A stretch of 64,000 bases of DNA, taken from the NCBI RefSeq assembly GCF_030144855.1, contig NC_082730.1:3720001-3784000 (forward strand), in the 5' to 3' direction. The stretch is from Hypanus sabinus (lineage: Eukaryota). Below, one piece after another: positions 38,623-51,149 of the stretch. The notes below the pieces were generated by a model. It ran no database searches. It saw nothing but the letters and a program-made list of their open reading frames with translations, and was not told the DNA's origin. Within the stretch, counting starts at the first letter, position 1, and each line of letters begins with the position of its first letter. The position numbers and the translations under genes were made by a program.

Positions 38623-41600
38623 ACATGCGGTGTCAGGCATGTTATTTGATTAGTTTGCATGTGGTAACTCATCAATGCTAACGGTAAAGCATTGACCCAG
38701 TTAAGATTAGTGTCCGCACAAATTTTTTTAGTTTGGCTGTCAGGGTTCCATTAATTCTCTCTACCACGCCCTGCGACTGAGGGTGGTATAGACATCCAAA
38801 TCTTTGCCTTATCCTCAGCGCTTGTAGTACCAGTTTGACCACTTTCTGGATAAAAGCTGAACCATTTTCTGAGCTAACTTCTGTAGGTATTCCAAACCTT
38901 GGGATCACTTCATTTGTCAGAAATTTTACCACCGTCTTTGCCTCTTGATCTTTTGAAGGTACCGCCTCTGCCCATCTGCTAAATCGATCAATTACTACCA
39001 GCATGTATCTTTTCCCTCTCACTGTCTTTATCATGTCTACGTAATCGATCACTAAATGTTTAAATGGTCCCTCAGGTACAGGAATGTGACCTATTGGGGT
39101 TGTAATTCCCTTCCAAACATTATTCTGTGTGCATACCTCGCACTGTGACAAGACAAAGTCCACTGAAGCCTGTAAATAAGGTGACCAAAAACCATCCTTC
39201 TTTATCTTCTTTATCACTTCCTCCCTTGCACAATGGTCCATCCCATGCGCTTCTGAAATCAGAATCGTCAGGAGAGGGGTGGGAGCTACCAACAAACGGT
39301 CTTCCGTGCTCTACAAGCCTTCCGGGTTCTGCTTGGACCCCCTTTGTCTCCACATTGTCTGTTCTGCCAAAGTTGCCTTACCTTGTATTTCAATTAGGTC
39401 CTCTACCTCCGGTTCTGGAGTTGGGCTTACCTGGGGGGCAATGACAGCTGACGAACACCCAGACGCTTTTCTGGCTGCCTGTCCGCAGCTTGCTTTCCCT
39501 TTGTTATTACATCACTTCCCTTTTTATGTGCCTGGCATTTTACTATAGCCAATGCTTTAGGTTTCATTATGGCTTTTATTAAGTCTAGAATTTGCTGACA
39601 ATGTTGTATGGGATCTCCGTTACTTTTTTAAAAACCTCTCTGCTTCCACACTGCCCCGAATAAATGGCATACTCCATGAGCATATGCTGAATCAGTATAG
39701 ATGTCTACTTTCTCACCTTCCATCATTTCAGACGCAGCTGTCAGGGCTTTGATTTCCGCTAGTTGGGTGGAACACAGTTGGGGACAGGACTCCATCCTAA
39801 TAATCTTATAGCTCGACTGATCCTGCTGCACTACTGAGAACCCTGCATGGTTTCCATCATAATCCCTATAACAAGAGCCATCTACAAACAGAACCTTTTT
39901 ATCTGCATCCTCTAGTGGTTCTGACCGTAAATCTGCTCTCATTTTGGCAAATGTCATCGTCTTCCCTACACAATCATGGGGTTCTCCTTCATAGTCTAAA
40001 GGGACACAATCGGCTATATTACTGGTAGTGCATCTCTGTATAGTTATATCTGGAAATGTCAATAGCATCTGATGCGCTGCTATCCTGGCTGGCATCAACA
40101 CAAATTTCCATCTTTCCAGCAATTCTGCTACTTTGTGGTGTGTGTACAGAGTCACAGGATAGCTCAGGGTTACAGATGATGCCTTTCCATATGCATATTA
40201 CTGCGCCGCCAATCCCTGATAACAGGGTGGATACCCCTGAGCCACCTCATCTAGTCTCGTACTGTAGTATGCTATTGGCTGCTTTGCTTTTCCTGTGTCT
40301 GTCTCTTGTGTTAGAACCGCTGTAACATAACTCTCCTGTTGGTTCGATACATACAAATGAAAAACCTTCTCATAGTCAGGCAAAGCTAACGCTGGGGCTG
40401 ACTGCAATACCTGCTTAATAGTATTGAAAGCTGTCTCCGCCTCTCCATTCCACTGTAAGCCGTTTTTCAAATTTGTATGTCCTGCTTCTTTCATTATCTT
40501 TCTCAAAGGTGTCACAATCTTAGCATATTCTCTTATCCAATCTGAGCTGTATCCTGCCATTCCCAAAAACATCATAATCTGCCCTACAGTCTGGGGTTTG
40601 GGGGCCTTAGTTATTGCCTCAATCTGATCTGGTGCTATTGCCTTCACTCCCTTGCATATTACCCTGCCTAAGTATTCCACTTGCTGCGTGCAAAATTGCA
40701 GTTTCTTTTTGGATACTTTATGTCCTCCGTGCGCCAGCTTCTCTAACAGAGTTATAGTGTCCTGCTCACACTGTTCCTTACTGTGGGAGCAAATCAACAG
40801 GTCATCCACATACTGTAACAATGTATGTTCCAATGGCATACCCTCTAGGTCTGCCTTCAATACCTGATTAAAAATATGTGGTGAATGTTTAAATCCTTGT
40901 GGCATTCTGGTATAGGTATACTGAGCACCTCTGTAAGTAAATGCAAAAAAATACTGACACTGATCGGCTAGAGGAATGCTGAAGAAAGCCGAACACAAAT
41001 CAATCACTGAAAAGTAACTTGCTTCTGGTGGAACATTAGTCAAAAGTGTGTGTGGGTTGGGGACTACCGCTGGCCAGTCCTCTACCACATCATTGACCGC
41101 TCGCAAATAATCATGCACCAATCTCCACTTAGATTTATCTGCTTTTAAAACCGGCAGCAACGGGGTATTGCATGGACTGTTTGTTCTTTTAAGCACTCCT
41201 ATTTCAAGCAACCCCTGCACTGTCGATGCTATTCCCTCTTCTGCTTCTGCTCTTATAGGGTATTGTGGTCTCCTGGGTGGAATTGCTCCTTTTTTCAGCC
41301 TTATTTCCACCAGACTAGCTGTTTGTATTTTCCCTACGTCCGTGTCATGCTGCGACCACAGAATAGACGGCAACTCATCTAACCTATCTTTCTGCTGGCC
41401 TCTTTCCTTTCCCAGCAAGGGCAGGTGTGGTTGGGGAGTTATTTCGACCTCTCTCACTGTCCCTACCATATCTACACTTACCCTTATCTTAATGCAATTG
41501 TTGTCTTCTGATATCCACACCTCTGGCATGATTTTCCTCCACACTGTTACGGTTTCAGCACTCTTAACTAAGGGTCCTAAGTCTTTAGACTGATATCCCA

Positions 41601-42349
41601 TGTTTACCAACAACGTTACGTGGGGCGCAGCCTCCGGTATCCTGTACCATTTTTCTAAAAAGGTGTTCCAATTAACTTGTAAAGCTGCCACTTGCTTTCC
41701 AATTATCACAGCCTCCCCTTCCAGGCGCTGCTGGGTGCCATTTCTCCTCTAACTCCCTGTTCTGCGTCTCGTCAAAAATCACTGTACAATGTAGCTCAGA
41801 TATGGGCATTACAGCCTGCAAGCCCTTTTTCCATTTCTCCCAGGTTTCCTGAATCTGATCTGTGATGTCTCCTATCCAAAAGACATTAGCCTTCTTGGCT
41901 TCTTGCACTATCAATTGAGCCCCTGCTCTTCCCACACGCAGCCCATTGCTGGTGCATTCTAATTTTAATTCCAATTTCAATAAGGCATCTCTGCCTAACA
42001 AATTAATTGGAGTTCCTTTAATTACTAGCACCGGCAAAACAACTTCTTTATATCCCATTCTCAACTGCACTGGAGCCGTGCACAGTGTCAACTGTGTTTT
42101 CCCTGAGAACCCTAACGTCTTAATAAACTTTCCTGACATGGGAAGGTGAAGGGCATACTGTGGCTGTACACAAGTGTACGTGGCTCCAGTATCTATCATC
42201 ATTGGTGTCAGTTGTCCTTCTAACATAACCTGAACAATGGGTTCCTCATCTGCCTCCATTGTTATCATTGGGTATTGTCCCTTCCCACTCAAGTTCTCGG
42301 GGCACCTCGCATAGGGGTTCACAGGTCCACTTGGGCCTGTGGGGGCTGG
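38623..42349 (-). pseudogene. pol: ERV pro-pol (protease, RT, RNase H, integrase lacking C-terminal domain)
   Basis: MIDTGAT; WRLVHD, MPQGFKHSP, LQYVDDLL; LFVDGS...AEIKAL...IYTDSAY; HGMDH...CEVC, VIDY, SENG, QGVVER; several frameshifts. Confidence 0.93.
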
Positions 42350-44637
42350 TCATTGGCTAAACTTTAGTTCCCTTCTTATCGGTTCCTGCTGGTGTGTGAC
42401 AGGCCATAGTGTAAACTGACAATCTCTTTTCATGTAACCTGGCTGATTACATTCCCAGTACATTCTCTCTACTTCTCTTTCCCCCTGTTTCCTCACTGGT
42501 TCCCTTTGCCCATAGCTTCTCTGTCCCCCTCCTTGGAACTTCCAGTCCTGCCTGGGCTGTTTGAATTTAGTCTGTTCCTGATAGGGCATTTGTGGGAATG
42601 CTCCCTCAAAGACAATTATTGGCATGGGATTTTCCAGCCCCTGTCTTACAGTATGATCGGTCCCTCCATATAGCAGTGCTTTGTCCAGTTCGATGGCTGT
42701 ACTCGGACCGATGGTTGCTGGCAGCATCTTTTTGTTTTTCTCTTTTTCCTTCTTTTTAAGTTCTTCAAGCTGCATTTGTATCAACTTTCTTTGCACCTCT
42801 TCCTGCTGCTCAGCCAACCTTCATTTATCTTTCTGGTATTTCTCAGCCGCATGAACCATGTGGTCTCCAAATTCTTGTGGGGTCATTGACGTCAGCCCAA
42901 CCACTTCCTCCAGTATGGATTTTACTTGTGGAGGCATTGCATCCAAAATGCTATGTCGGAACAGTGAGGTCATAAATAAGTTATTCTCCACCTCTTGCTC
43001 AGTCTCCAGTCTCCATCTTTTTAACTGGTTTTCTACGTAGGCTGCTGGGTTTTCATTGTCTCCCAGTGGATCCCCTTTGAAGGCTTTGGGGTCCACTTTG
43101 GGTGGATAAAGTTTTCTGAGGGCCTGCCATACCCTCTGCCTCACTCTGTCAAACCCATCTCCATCAGTTCTTGGGTCGTTCGAGATTACTATGCCAGCCA
43201 TTTCCATTAGTTCGTTAAATTTGGAGGTTCCCATCAACCTTATCAACAGTGCCTTCAAATCTCCCATAGCCAATAATCGTCCTGCTGTTTCCTCTTCAAA
43301 GGCTCTAATCCATTTCCCTGCCCCTTCATGTAGATTGGGCAGAGTGTTTTTCAGCCCTTCTAGGTCCTGGGATCCCCAAGGGATATACTGCACTTGTCCT
43401 GATCCTTTAACTAACAACGACATCATTCTTCCTCCTTCTTCCTACCTGCCCTGGCTCTGCTCCTCACCTGACTCCCCATCTGTCTCAGGGTATGTCTTTA
43501 CTGCATTCCACACAAATTTCTCCGGGGTCCCCTTCTTCCCTCGGTCTCCCTGTGGAGTCCTTCCTTTCTGTCTTGATTCAATACTTGGTTGGCCCCTGGA
43601 TATTTTTCGCATCTCCTCTGGCAATCCCCTCTCAGTAACTTATCTGGTTCTCTCTCTACTTCCGCAAATCGCTCCCCTACCGCCTCCTTCTGTTCTTCTA
43701 GGCTTCTGCCTCCTACCTCCTCCCCACAAATTCTCACATCCTCTCTCTCTCTCCACTTAACTCTTGCTCCTCCAATGAGTCACCTTCTCTTTCTTTCTGT
43801 CCGTGTCTGTACACCTGTGGCAGGGACTCCTGATCCTTACTTGTGCTTGATTCCCTTCTCTCTTGTGTTTTTCCAAGACTCTCATCTCCTATCTTTTTTC
43901 CACTTCCTCTTGAATGCCTCATCTCTTCCTGCCTTGATGAGCCACTTTCTTTTCTAGTCTGTTTATTTCTATAGTATAACTGATACTCCTCATTCTCCTT
44001 TTCCTCTCTCAAGTATTTCATCCGTTCAATCCCTTCTTACATTTCTCTCTGTACCTGTTCTATCTTCATCTTTTCTGCCTGTATCTCCTTCCATATCGCT
44101 GCTTTTTCCTTCTCGTATTGTTTTTTTTCCTCCTCATTATCCCAAACTTGGACTTCTCCCTGCATGTTTACTGTCCCCGTCGGCAGGGGGCACTGCTTAG
44201 GGGTTCCTTCCTCATTATAGGGAGGGGGCTTTTTCTGTTTCTGTCGCATCCGGGTATGGAGCTGAAGCCAGCTTCTCACCATACCCTTCTCTCTCTTTAA
44301 CAGGCTGTTTCTCCAGCACCTTAGTGTCTTCCTTGCTTGTAATCAATATTCTACCTGTCCTCCTCAGCCTTTCTCCCTCCGTTCTGAAGAGTTTTAGCAC
44401 TTCCATTTCTCGTTCTCTTTTTTGCTTTCTTTTCTTAGATTTATCTTTTGGTTTGTAATTTTTAATTAGCGCCTCCATTTCTTTGCACAAACTTACATCA
44501 AACATTCCTTCTCTTGGCCACTTTGTGACCAGGTTATTGGTTCTTTTTTCCCATTTTTCTGAAGTTTTTGTGATCTCATTATTAATTAACGGGAATTTTT
44601 TGCTTAGAATCTCTACTGCCGTTCCTTTACCTGTCAT
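42350..44637 (-). pseudogene. gag: ERV gag (fragmented)
   Basis: KWPREGMFD matrix-like region; PPPY late domain at 44217-44228; capsid QYIPWGSQDL...AGKWIRAFEE; degenerate knuckle YWECNQPGYMKRDC. Confidence 0.88.
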
Positions 44638-45278
44638 GTTATTCTCTCTTTTTAATGTATTTCAGAGATTCACAGTTCGTTTACTGGATAATATTATTTA
44701 GTCTAATTCTATGCCTAGTCTACTGTCTATCTACCAGCGCTTTAAACTATATATTGGACTGTCCTTGTTTCCTATTCTGTTCTGCCCGTGCAGAACTCTA
44801 CCTAGAGCGGTATCCACAGAACTTTCTCTTTGCACCTCGCCCGTTCAGACCCTTATCTCTTAAGGCGGTATCCACGAGGATTTTCTACTCTAAACACCTC
44901 GCCCGTTCAGACGCTTATCTCTTAAGGCGGTATCCACGAGGATTTATCAACACCACGTGGACTTTTTCTTAACTTAACTTCTTATTAACTTATTTGTACT
45001 TACCTTCACTGCAGTGTTCTTGATCAATCCTCTGAGCCTCCTCTGTTAACCCCCAATTCTGCCAGATTCTTTGGACCGGAGAGACCCTTCGGCAGTGGTT
45101 CCACACTTCTGAGACTCCAAGACCTTCGCAAAGCCAACAGAATTCTTAGTCCAAATTTTCGCAAAAAGCGCTTACTTTTTGTTTGGGTGCACCCTTAATT
45201 CTGTTAGCCTTGTGGGGGTCCCTAGAGGACTGGGAAGCGCCCCCAATCTGCCGTTTCTTTTCCGCGGGTCTCTATCCG

Positions 45279-45296
45279 GTCCTGTCATGGTCGCCA
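45279..45296 (-). promoter_or_regulatory. ERV primer-binding site, possibly tRNA-Arg
   Basis: TGGCGACCATGACAGGAC, 4 nt from the LTR; 15/18 to recalled tRNA-Arg(TCG) PBS TGGCGACCACGAAGGGAC. Confidence 0.6.
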
Positions 45297-45300
45297 ATTA

Positions 45301-45825
45301 TGTCGTGGTTTTTCGTGCCTCACAAATGACCAGGAGATGCAGAAGATTCTTCAAGAAGGGTTAAACTTTAATTTGCAAATCAAAGCTGAGACAGTCATTG
45401 AGCTAGTCGCTGATTGCCTACTGATCCGGCATTTTTTATAGCAGTCTCCTGGTTTAGTTGCATTAGCATATGTAATCGATCTATAGTTGCGTACTACACG
45501 TACATCATGTCCCTATTGTTCCTATCAATTGGCTTAATCATGTTCTAATCTACATCTCTTAGCTACCTCTCATTAACATACCATTGTCTTCTACATTTTT
45601 AAGACTTCAGACTCCTACCAAATTGGGTACATGCATAGCAAATAATAAACTCAGAACTGAGCAATGTTCTAATCTACATTTCTTTAGCTGTTTAGCTACC
45701 TCTCATTAACACACCATTGTCTTCTACATTCCTAAGATTTCATTCTACTAAATTGAGTGCATGCGTAGCAAATAACTGACTTCATAGTTAAAATTTATAC
45801 TTGTATACTCTTTTATACTCCAATA
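45301..45825 (-). repeat. ERV 5' LTR (525 bp)
   Basis: ~16 substitutions + 4 indels vs 37172-37716 by hand count. Confidence 0.93.
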
Positions 45826-46867
45826 AACTTAAAGGTATTTTGAGGTCCACATCAAAGCTCTAATACAGAGAAAAATCACATCACACTATGTGAATTCGGG
45901 TGATTTTGATGAATTGATTTTAGATTCATTTCCAATAAGTAATCTAGAGATGCAGTTGCAAATCGAACAAATGAAGTTGGAACAAAGTAAAGCAGATTGG
46001 AGCGTTGTAGGTTAGAAGCTGAAAATAAAAAAGAGGGAATTTGAATATTCGATGGCAGAATTAAGGTCTGGGAATCAGTCTTCTGGTTCTAGAAAACCAT
46101 TTGTTGTTAGTCAAGAAATTAAATTGGTCACTCCCTTTAGTGAAACAGAAGTGGAAAGATATTTCCAAAATTTCGGAATGATTGCTCATATTTCAGAGTG
46201 GCTGAAAGATAAATGGTCAGTGTTGTTACAGAGTGTAATTAAAGGCAAAGGACAAGTTTATACAGCTTTAACTGCTGCACAAGCACTTGATTATAATATT
46301 GTGAAACAGCTGATTTTGAAGACATATGAATTGATCCCAGAAGCGTATAGAGAAAGATTCAGAAGTTTGAAGAAGTCTGTAGAAAAAACTTATGTGGAAT
46401 TTGCCTATGATAAAGCTATGTGTTTTGAGAGATGGGCTTCCTCTAAAAATTCAAATGGGGACTATAATAAATTGAAAGAGCTGATTTTAAAGGAGGAATT
46501 TAAAAGAAACATCCCTGTTGAAGTAAGGACCTACTTAAATGAGAAGGATACTGATACATTGCAGGACTCTGCTAAATTAGCTGATGAGTATGCTTTAATC
46601 CATAAGAATAAATGTCCTCAGGGCAGAATTTATAAGAGGAAAAATAACACAGAGACTCAAGGTAAACCAGAAATTAAATCAGAAGTTAATGAGAAAGATA
46701 AGGAGGAAGGAAAACCTGTGAAGGAAAAACAGTTTGGTCCTATTTGTAACTATTGTAAGGAACCTGGCCATGTATTAGCAAACTGTTTCCAATTGAAAAA
46801 GAAAGAGAAGGAAGCAGTCCCAGATGCTTGTGTGCAACATACTGAAACACCTGTAAAATTATAGGGT

Positions 46868-49800
46868 TTGATAAACACAACTGAGGCTTTGTTAGAGTCT
46901 GACCAAGTTAAAAAGGGTTATGATCATTTTTTAACTGAAGGGTTTGTATCCTTGAAAGAAGGATCTACTCCGGTGCCAATAAAAATCCTTAGGTATACTG
47001 GAGCTTCTGAATCACTGATGTTAGACAGTGTATTGAATTTTAATGAAGAGTCTGATATTGGTGAGGCAAATTATATACGAGGTGTTGGGAGTGCCTTTAT
47101 GCCTGTACATTTTCTAAAGTAAATTTAGAGTCAGGGGTAGTTACAGGACTTGTTAAATTAGGATTACAGCCTAGCTTACCTGTGAGGGATATTTCTTTAT
47201 TGTTAGGTGATAACTTGGCAGGTGGACAAGTTTTTCCTAAAGTGCTTCCTCTGTTGTCAGAGGAATGGAGCCAGAGGAAACACAGATGAATTCTAACACA
47301 GTTTCTTCCTGTGTTGTGACTAGAGCTATGGCTAAAAAGATTGATGCACAGAGTGAGGTTGATACTCATGACTGTTCAACTCAGGATTCGAGCTTTGAGC
47401 ATATGTCAGAGACTCTCTTACCTTCATTGCTTGAACAAGATTCTTGGAGTAAGCCTGACTATGAAGATTCATCTCTGTCTCAGAAGAGATGATAGCAGAG
47501 CAGAGTAGACACCTGAGATTATAAAATTAAGAGAACAAGCTCTACCAGATAGTGAAATTGAGAAGGTGCCAGTAGGGTATTACTTGGAAAAAGGAGTGTT
47601 GATGAGGAAGTGGAGATCACCTACAATTTCTGCAAGTGAGGATTGGAATATTGTTTACCAGGTAGTTGTCCCTAACGTTTATCAAAATGAGATTTTGACT
47701 TTAGCTTATAGTGTCTCCTTAGGTGGACATCAAGGGGTAAGGAAAACTGTGGACAAGATTTTAAAACATTTTTATTGGCCTGGTCTAAGAAAAGATGTGG
47801 TGATGTTTTGTAGGACGTGCCATACTTGTCAAATCGTGGGTAAACCAAATCAAGTTACACCAGTGGCTCCATTACAACCTATTCCAGCATTTGGTGAACT
47901 GTTTTCTAAAGTTATTATAGATTGTGTAGGTCCATTACCAAAGACAAAAACTGGTTATCAGTATTTGTTGACTATTATGTGCACTGTGTCTAGGTTTCCA
48001 GAGGCAGTACCACTTAAGAATATAAAAGCTAAAACTGTGACAAAGGCTCTTATAAAATTCTTTACTTATTTTGGAATACCTAAGGAGATACAAACTCCTT
48101 TTATGTCTGGATTGTTTCAACAGATAGTTTATAAATTGGGAGGTAAGCAAATCACTTTGTCTGCATACCATCCAGAATCGCAAGGTGCCTTAGAGAGGTT
48201 TCATTCTACCCTCAAGAATATGATTAGGACATATTGTGTGGAAAATGAAAGTGATTGGAATGAGGGTACAAACTTACTTTTATTTGCAGTAAGAGAATTG
48301 GTACAAGAATCCTTAGGTTTCAGTCCATTTGAACTTGTATTTCAGTATAGAGTTAGAGGACCTTTAGATTTATTAAAGGAACAGCGGATTAGTAAGGAAG
48401 TACACGCTAATTTGTTGGACTATGTTTTGAAATTTCAGGACAGGTTACATAAAGCTTGTAGTTCAGCCAAGGAAAATTTAAAATTACTCAGGAGAAAATG
48501 AAAACCTGGCATGATAAAGAAGCTAGGATGAGGATGTCTGTGCCTGGAGATAAGGTGCTGGTTCTTTTCCCAGTGGAAATGATTCCTTTACAAGCTAGAT
48601 TTCATGGTCCTTATGAAATTGTGTCTAAAGTCAATGATGTGGATTACATGATAAAAACTCCAGATCATAGAATGCCAACACAACTTTGCCATATAAATAT
48701 GATAAAACCATATTATGAGAAACAATCTGCTACTATGACTGTTGTGGTTAATGATAATGAGTTTGATCTCACTAGGAACATGACAGATGATTCATCTGAA
48801 TTTCATTCCAAATCCAATATTGTTTCTGTCAGGTTACCAAGCTCAACCATTCTGGAAAATATTGATGAGAAATTAACACATTTACAGCCAGAGCAGAAAC
48901 AGCAGATGAACAAATTAATTTTTAAATATAAGGATTTTTTTCCAGATGTTCTGAGAAGGACTACTATAGCTTCACATGATGTAGATGTTGGAGATGCCAA
49001 ACCCATTAAACAACACCCATATAGGATGAACTTAGAAAAATGTGAACTTGCTGAGAATGAAATTAAATATATGTTGGAGAATAAAATTATTAGACTTTCT
49101 AACTCGAATTGGAGTTCACCTTGTTTTATGGTACCAAAACCGGACGGTAGTATCAGGTTTTGTACGGACTATAGGAAGGTGAATGCTGTAACGAAAACAG
49201 ATGCATATCCAATTCCTAGAGTAGATGATTGTGTAGATGAAGTTGGAAAAGCAGAGTTCCTTACAAAAGTTGATTTATTGAAAGGGTATTGGTGTGTTCC
49301 ACTAACAGATAGAGGTAGAGAGATTTCTGCATTTGTAACTCCATCTGGGCTCTATGAATATAATGTTCTTCCATTTGGGATGAAGAATGCCCCAGGTACT
49401 TTCCAGAGGATGATTAACTCTGTGATTCAAGGATTGAAAGATACAGATGCTTATATTGATGATTTAGTGACAGGAAATGATACTTGGGAAGCACATATTA
49501 TTGCAGTGGAGAAATTGTTTGAAAGGCTTTCAAAAGCTAACTTAACTATTAATTTAACTAAAAGTGAATTCGGACATGCCACTGTGACTTACCTTGGTCA
49601 TGTTGTGGGTCAAGTTAAGGTAGTTCCTGTTCAGGCAGAAGTATGGGCAAATTTTAGAGATTCCCACTCCAGTGGGGAAGAAAACTCTTGGGAGATTCAT
49701 GGGAATAGTAGGATATTATCGAAAATTTTATAAGAATTTTGCTAATGTTGCCCTTCCATTAACTAACCTCTTGAAGAAGAATGAAAAGTTTGTGTGGACA

Positions 49801-50245
49801 GTGCCTTGTCAAGAAGCATTTGAGAAATTGAAAACTATAATATGTCAACAACTTGTGGTCAAGGCACCTGACTTTGAAAAGCCTTTTTCATTAGCTGTAG
49901 ATGCTAGTGATGAGGCTGCAGGAGCAGTATTAATGCAAAGGGATGAGGGTGATGAAGTTGATCATCCCATGGCTTACTTTTCTAAGAAATTTAATAAGCG
50001 TCAAAGAAACTATTCGAAAATAGAGAAGGAATTGTTATCTCTTGTTTTAGCTTTAGTATATATTGGTACAACTCAAAAAACACATTGTTTACACTGATCA
50101 TAATCCGTTAGTGTTTCTGAGTAAGATGAAAAACAAAAACAGAAGGTTATTAAATTGGAATTTGATGTTACAAGAGAACAATATTGCAACCACACATATT
50201 AAAGGTAAAGATAATGTGATTGCTGATTGTCTATCTCGATGTTGA
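46868..50245 (+). pseudogene. pol: Gypsy pol with PR-INT-RT-RH order
   Basis: ILRYTGASES (PR); GGHQG...CHTC, IIDCVG, QGALERF, GPY (INT, ~47566-48720); RFCTDYRK, PFGMKN, AYIDDL (RT); VDASD, YTDHNPL (RH). Confidence 0.92.
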
Positions 50246-50443
50246 ATATACAATGTAATTTTTTTTACGGAGTGATTTTTTTTAACATTTGTAACACTCC
50301 TACTGTACTGTAAGTTGTAAGATGCTATATCATAATACTATGCATACTGTGTATGTTATAAAATTTATACATTTGTTTTTTTTTCTTGTAAATAATTGTT
50401 AAAATTTTGTTCTTGACAGACCAAATTTTTTTTTGGAGGGAGG

Positions 50444-50864
50444 TGTTACGTACCCGTGGGTATCTTGTACTTGTCATGTGACAATGGTGTTGAAGCTATA
50501 CTGGACCTAAGGTAATGGTCTTGTGATGGTGGAGTGACTTAATTTGCCTGCCAGTAGAGGTCATGTGACAGTTGTTTTTTCAACAGGGTATAAAAGGAGG
50601 ACCCCTCCCTGCGAGGAGGTGCAGTTTGTGGCTGGATTTGCCATTTTGACTCTATGCTACTGCGTAGTCCAATATTATGATGCAGTTCTGTTGTAAGGTG
50701 GAGTTTTATTTAATGCCTAAAGTTTAGAAGGTCATTGCCGACAGATTCTTTATAATACTGCCAGTTAAAAATCAGTGGAGAGTGAAGATCGGAGTTCGGG
50801 AGCTAAAAGACTTTCTTACCTTCAAAAAAACCCTGCCTCGCTTACGGATGCTGTATCCGTAACA
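50444..50864 (+). repeat. Gypsy 3' LTR (421 bp, internally deleted)
   Basis: TGTTAC...GTAACA; lacks ~450 bp present in the 5' LTR. Confidence 0.88.
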
Positions 50865-51149
50865 CTGGTCAGTGTACACATATCCCCCAGAGAGAGGGGG
50901 ACGGAGACACCAGTCACCACAGGTATCTCCCCTAGAGGAGCAGCATTTGTGTTTTTTAGTGCTGATCAAAGGAGAGGAGTAGATGCTGGTGTTAAAGGAA
51001 ACTCAATTGTGCCACCAAAGCAAAATGCTTTTGGGCTGAGGTATCAGTGTATGGGTCACTATAACTACTCTTACACTGAACATAGAATAGTGCAGAACAG
51101 TATGAGACCTTTAACCATTAATGTGGTGCCAACCATATGTCCAATTCCA

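Larger units (their letters stand above)
37172..45825 (-). mobile_element. Class I (gamma/epsilon-like) endogenous retrovirus, 8654 bp, defective
   Basis: LTRs 37172-37716 and 45301-45825; perfect 4-bp TSD AACT; PBS, gag-pro-pol-env order, PPT AAAGGGGGGGA at 37719-37729. Confidence 0.95.
37078..46864 (+). pseudogene. gag: Gypsy gag, split by ERV (37078-37171 + 45830-46864)
   Basis: MNIDEFLASPDTELL...IASRLEL|KGILRS reads across the ERV junction; SCAN-like capsid YELIPEAYRERFR; CNYCKEPGHVLANC knuckle. Confidence 0.88.
36071..50864 (+). mobile_element. Gmr1-type Ty3/Gypsy LTR retrotransposon (decayed), interrupted by an ERV
   Basis: LTRs 36071-36946 and 50444-50864; tRNA-Pro PBS; PPT ggagggagg 50435-50443; gag then PR-INT-RT-RH; flanks CTAG/CTGG. 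Confidence 0.93.

Noticed and set aside
38472-38681. Plus-strand 69-aa ORF starting in the env palindrome
   Set aside because: Antisense by-product of the inverted duplication.
41168-43957. Antisense ORFs opposite ERV gag/pol (141, 189, 122 aa)
   Set aside because: Typical shadow ORFs of coding sequence; no recognisable motifs.
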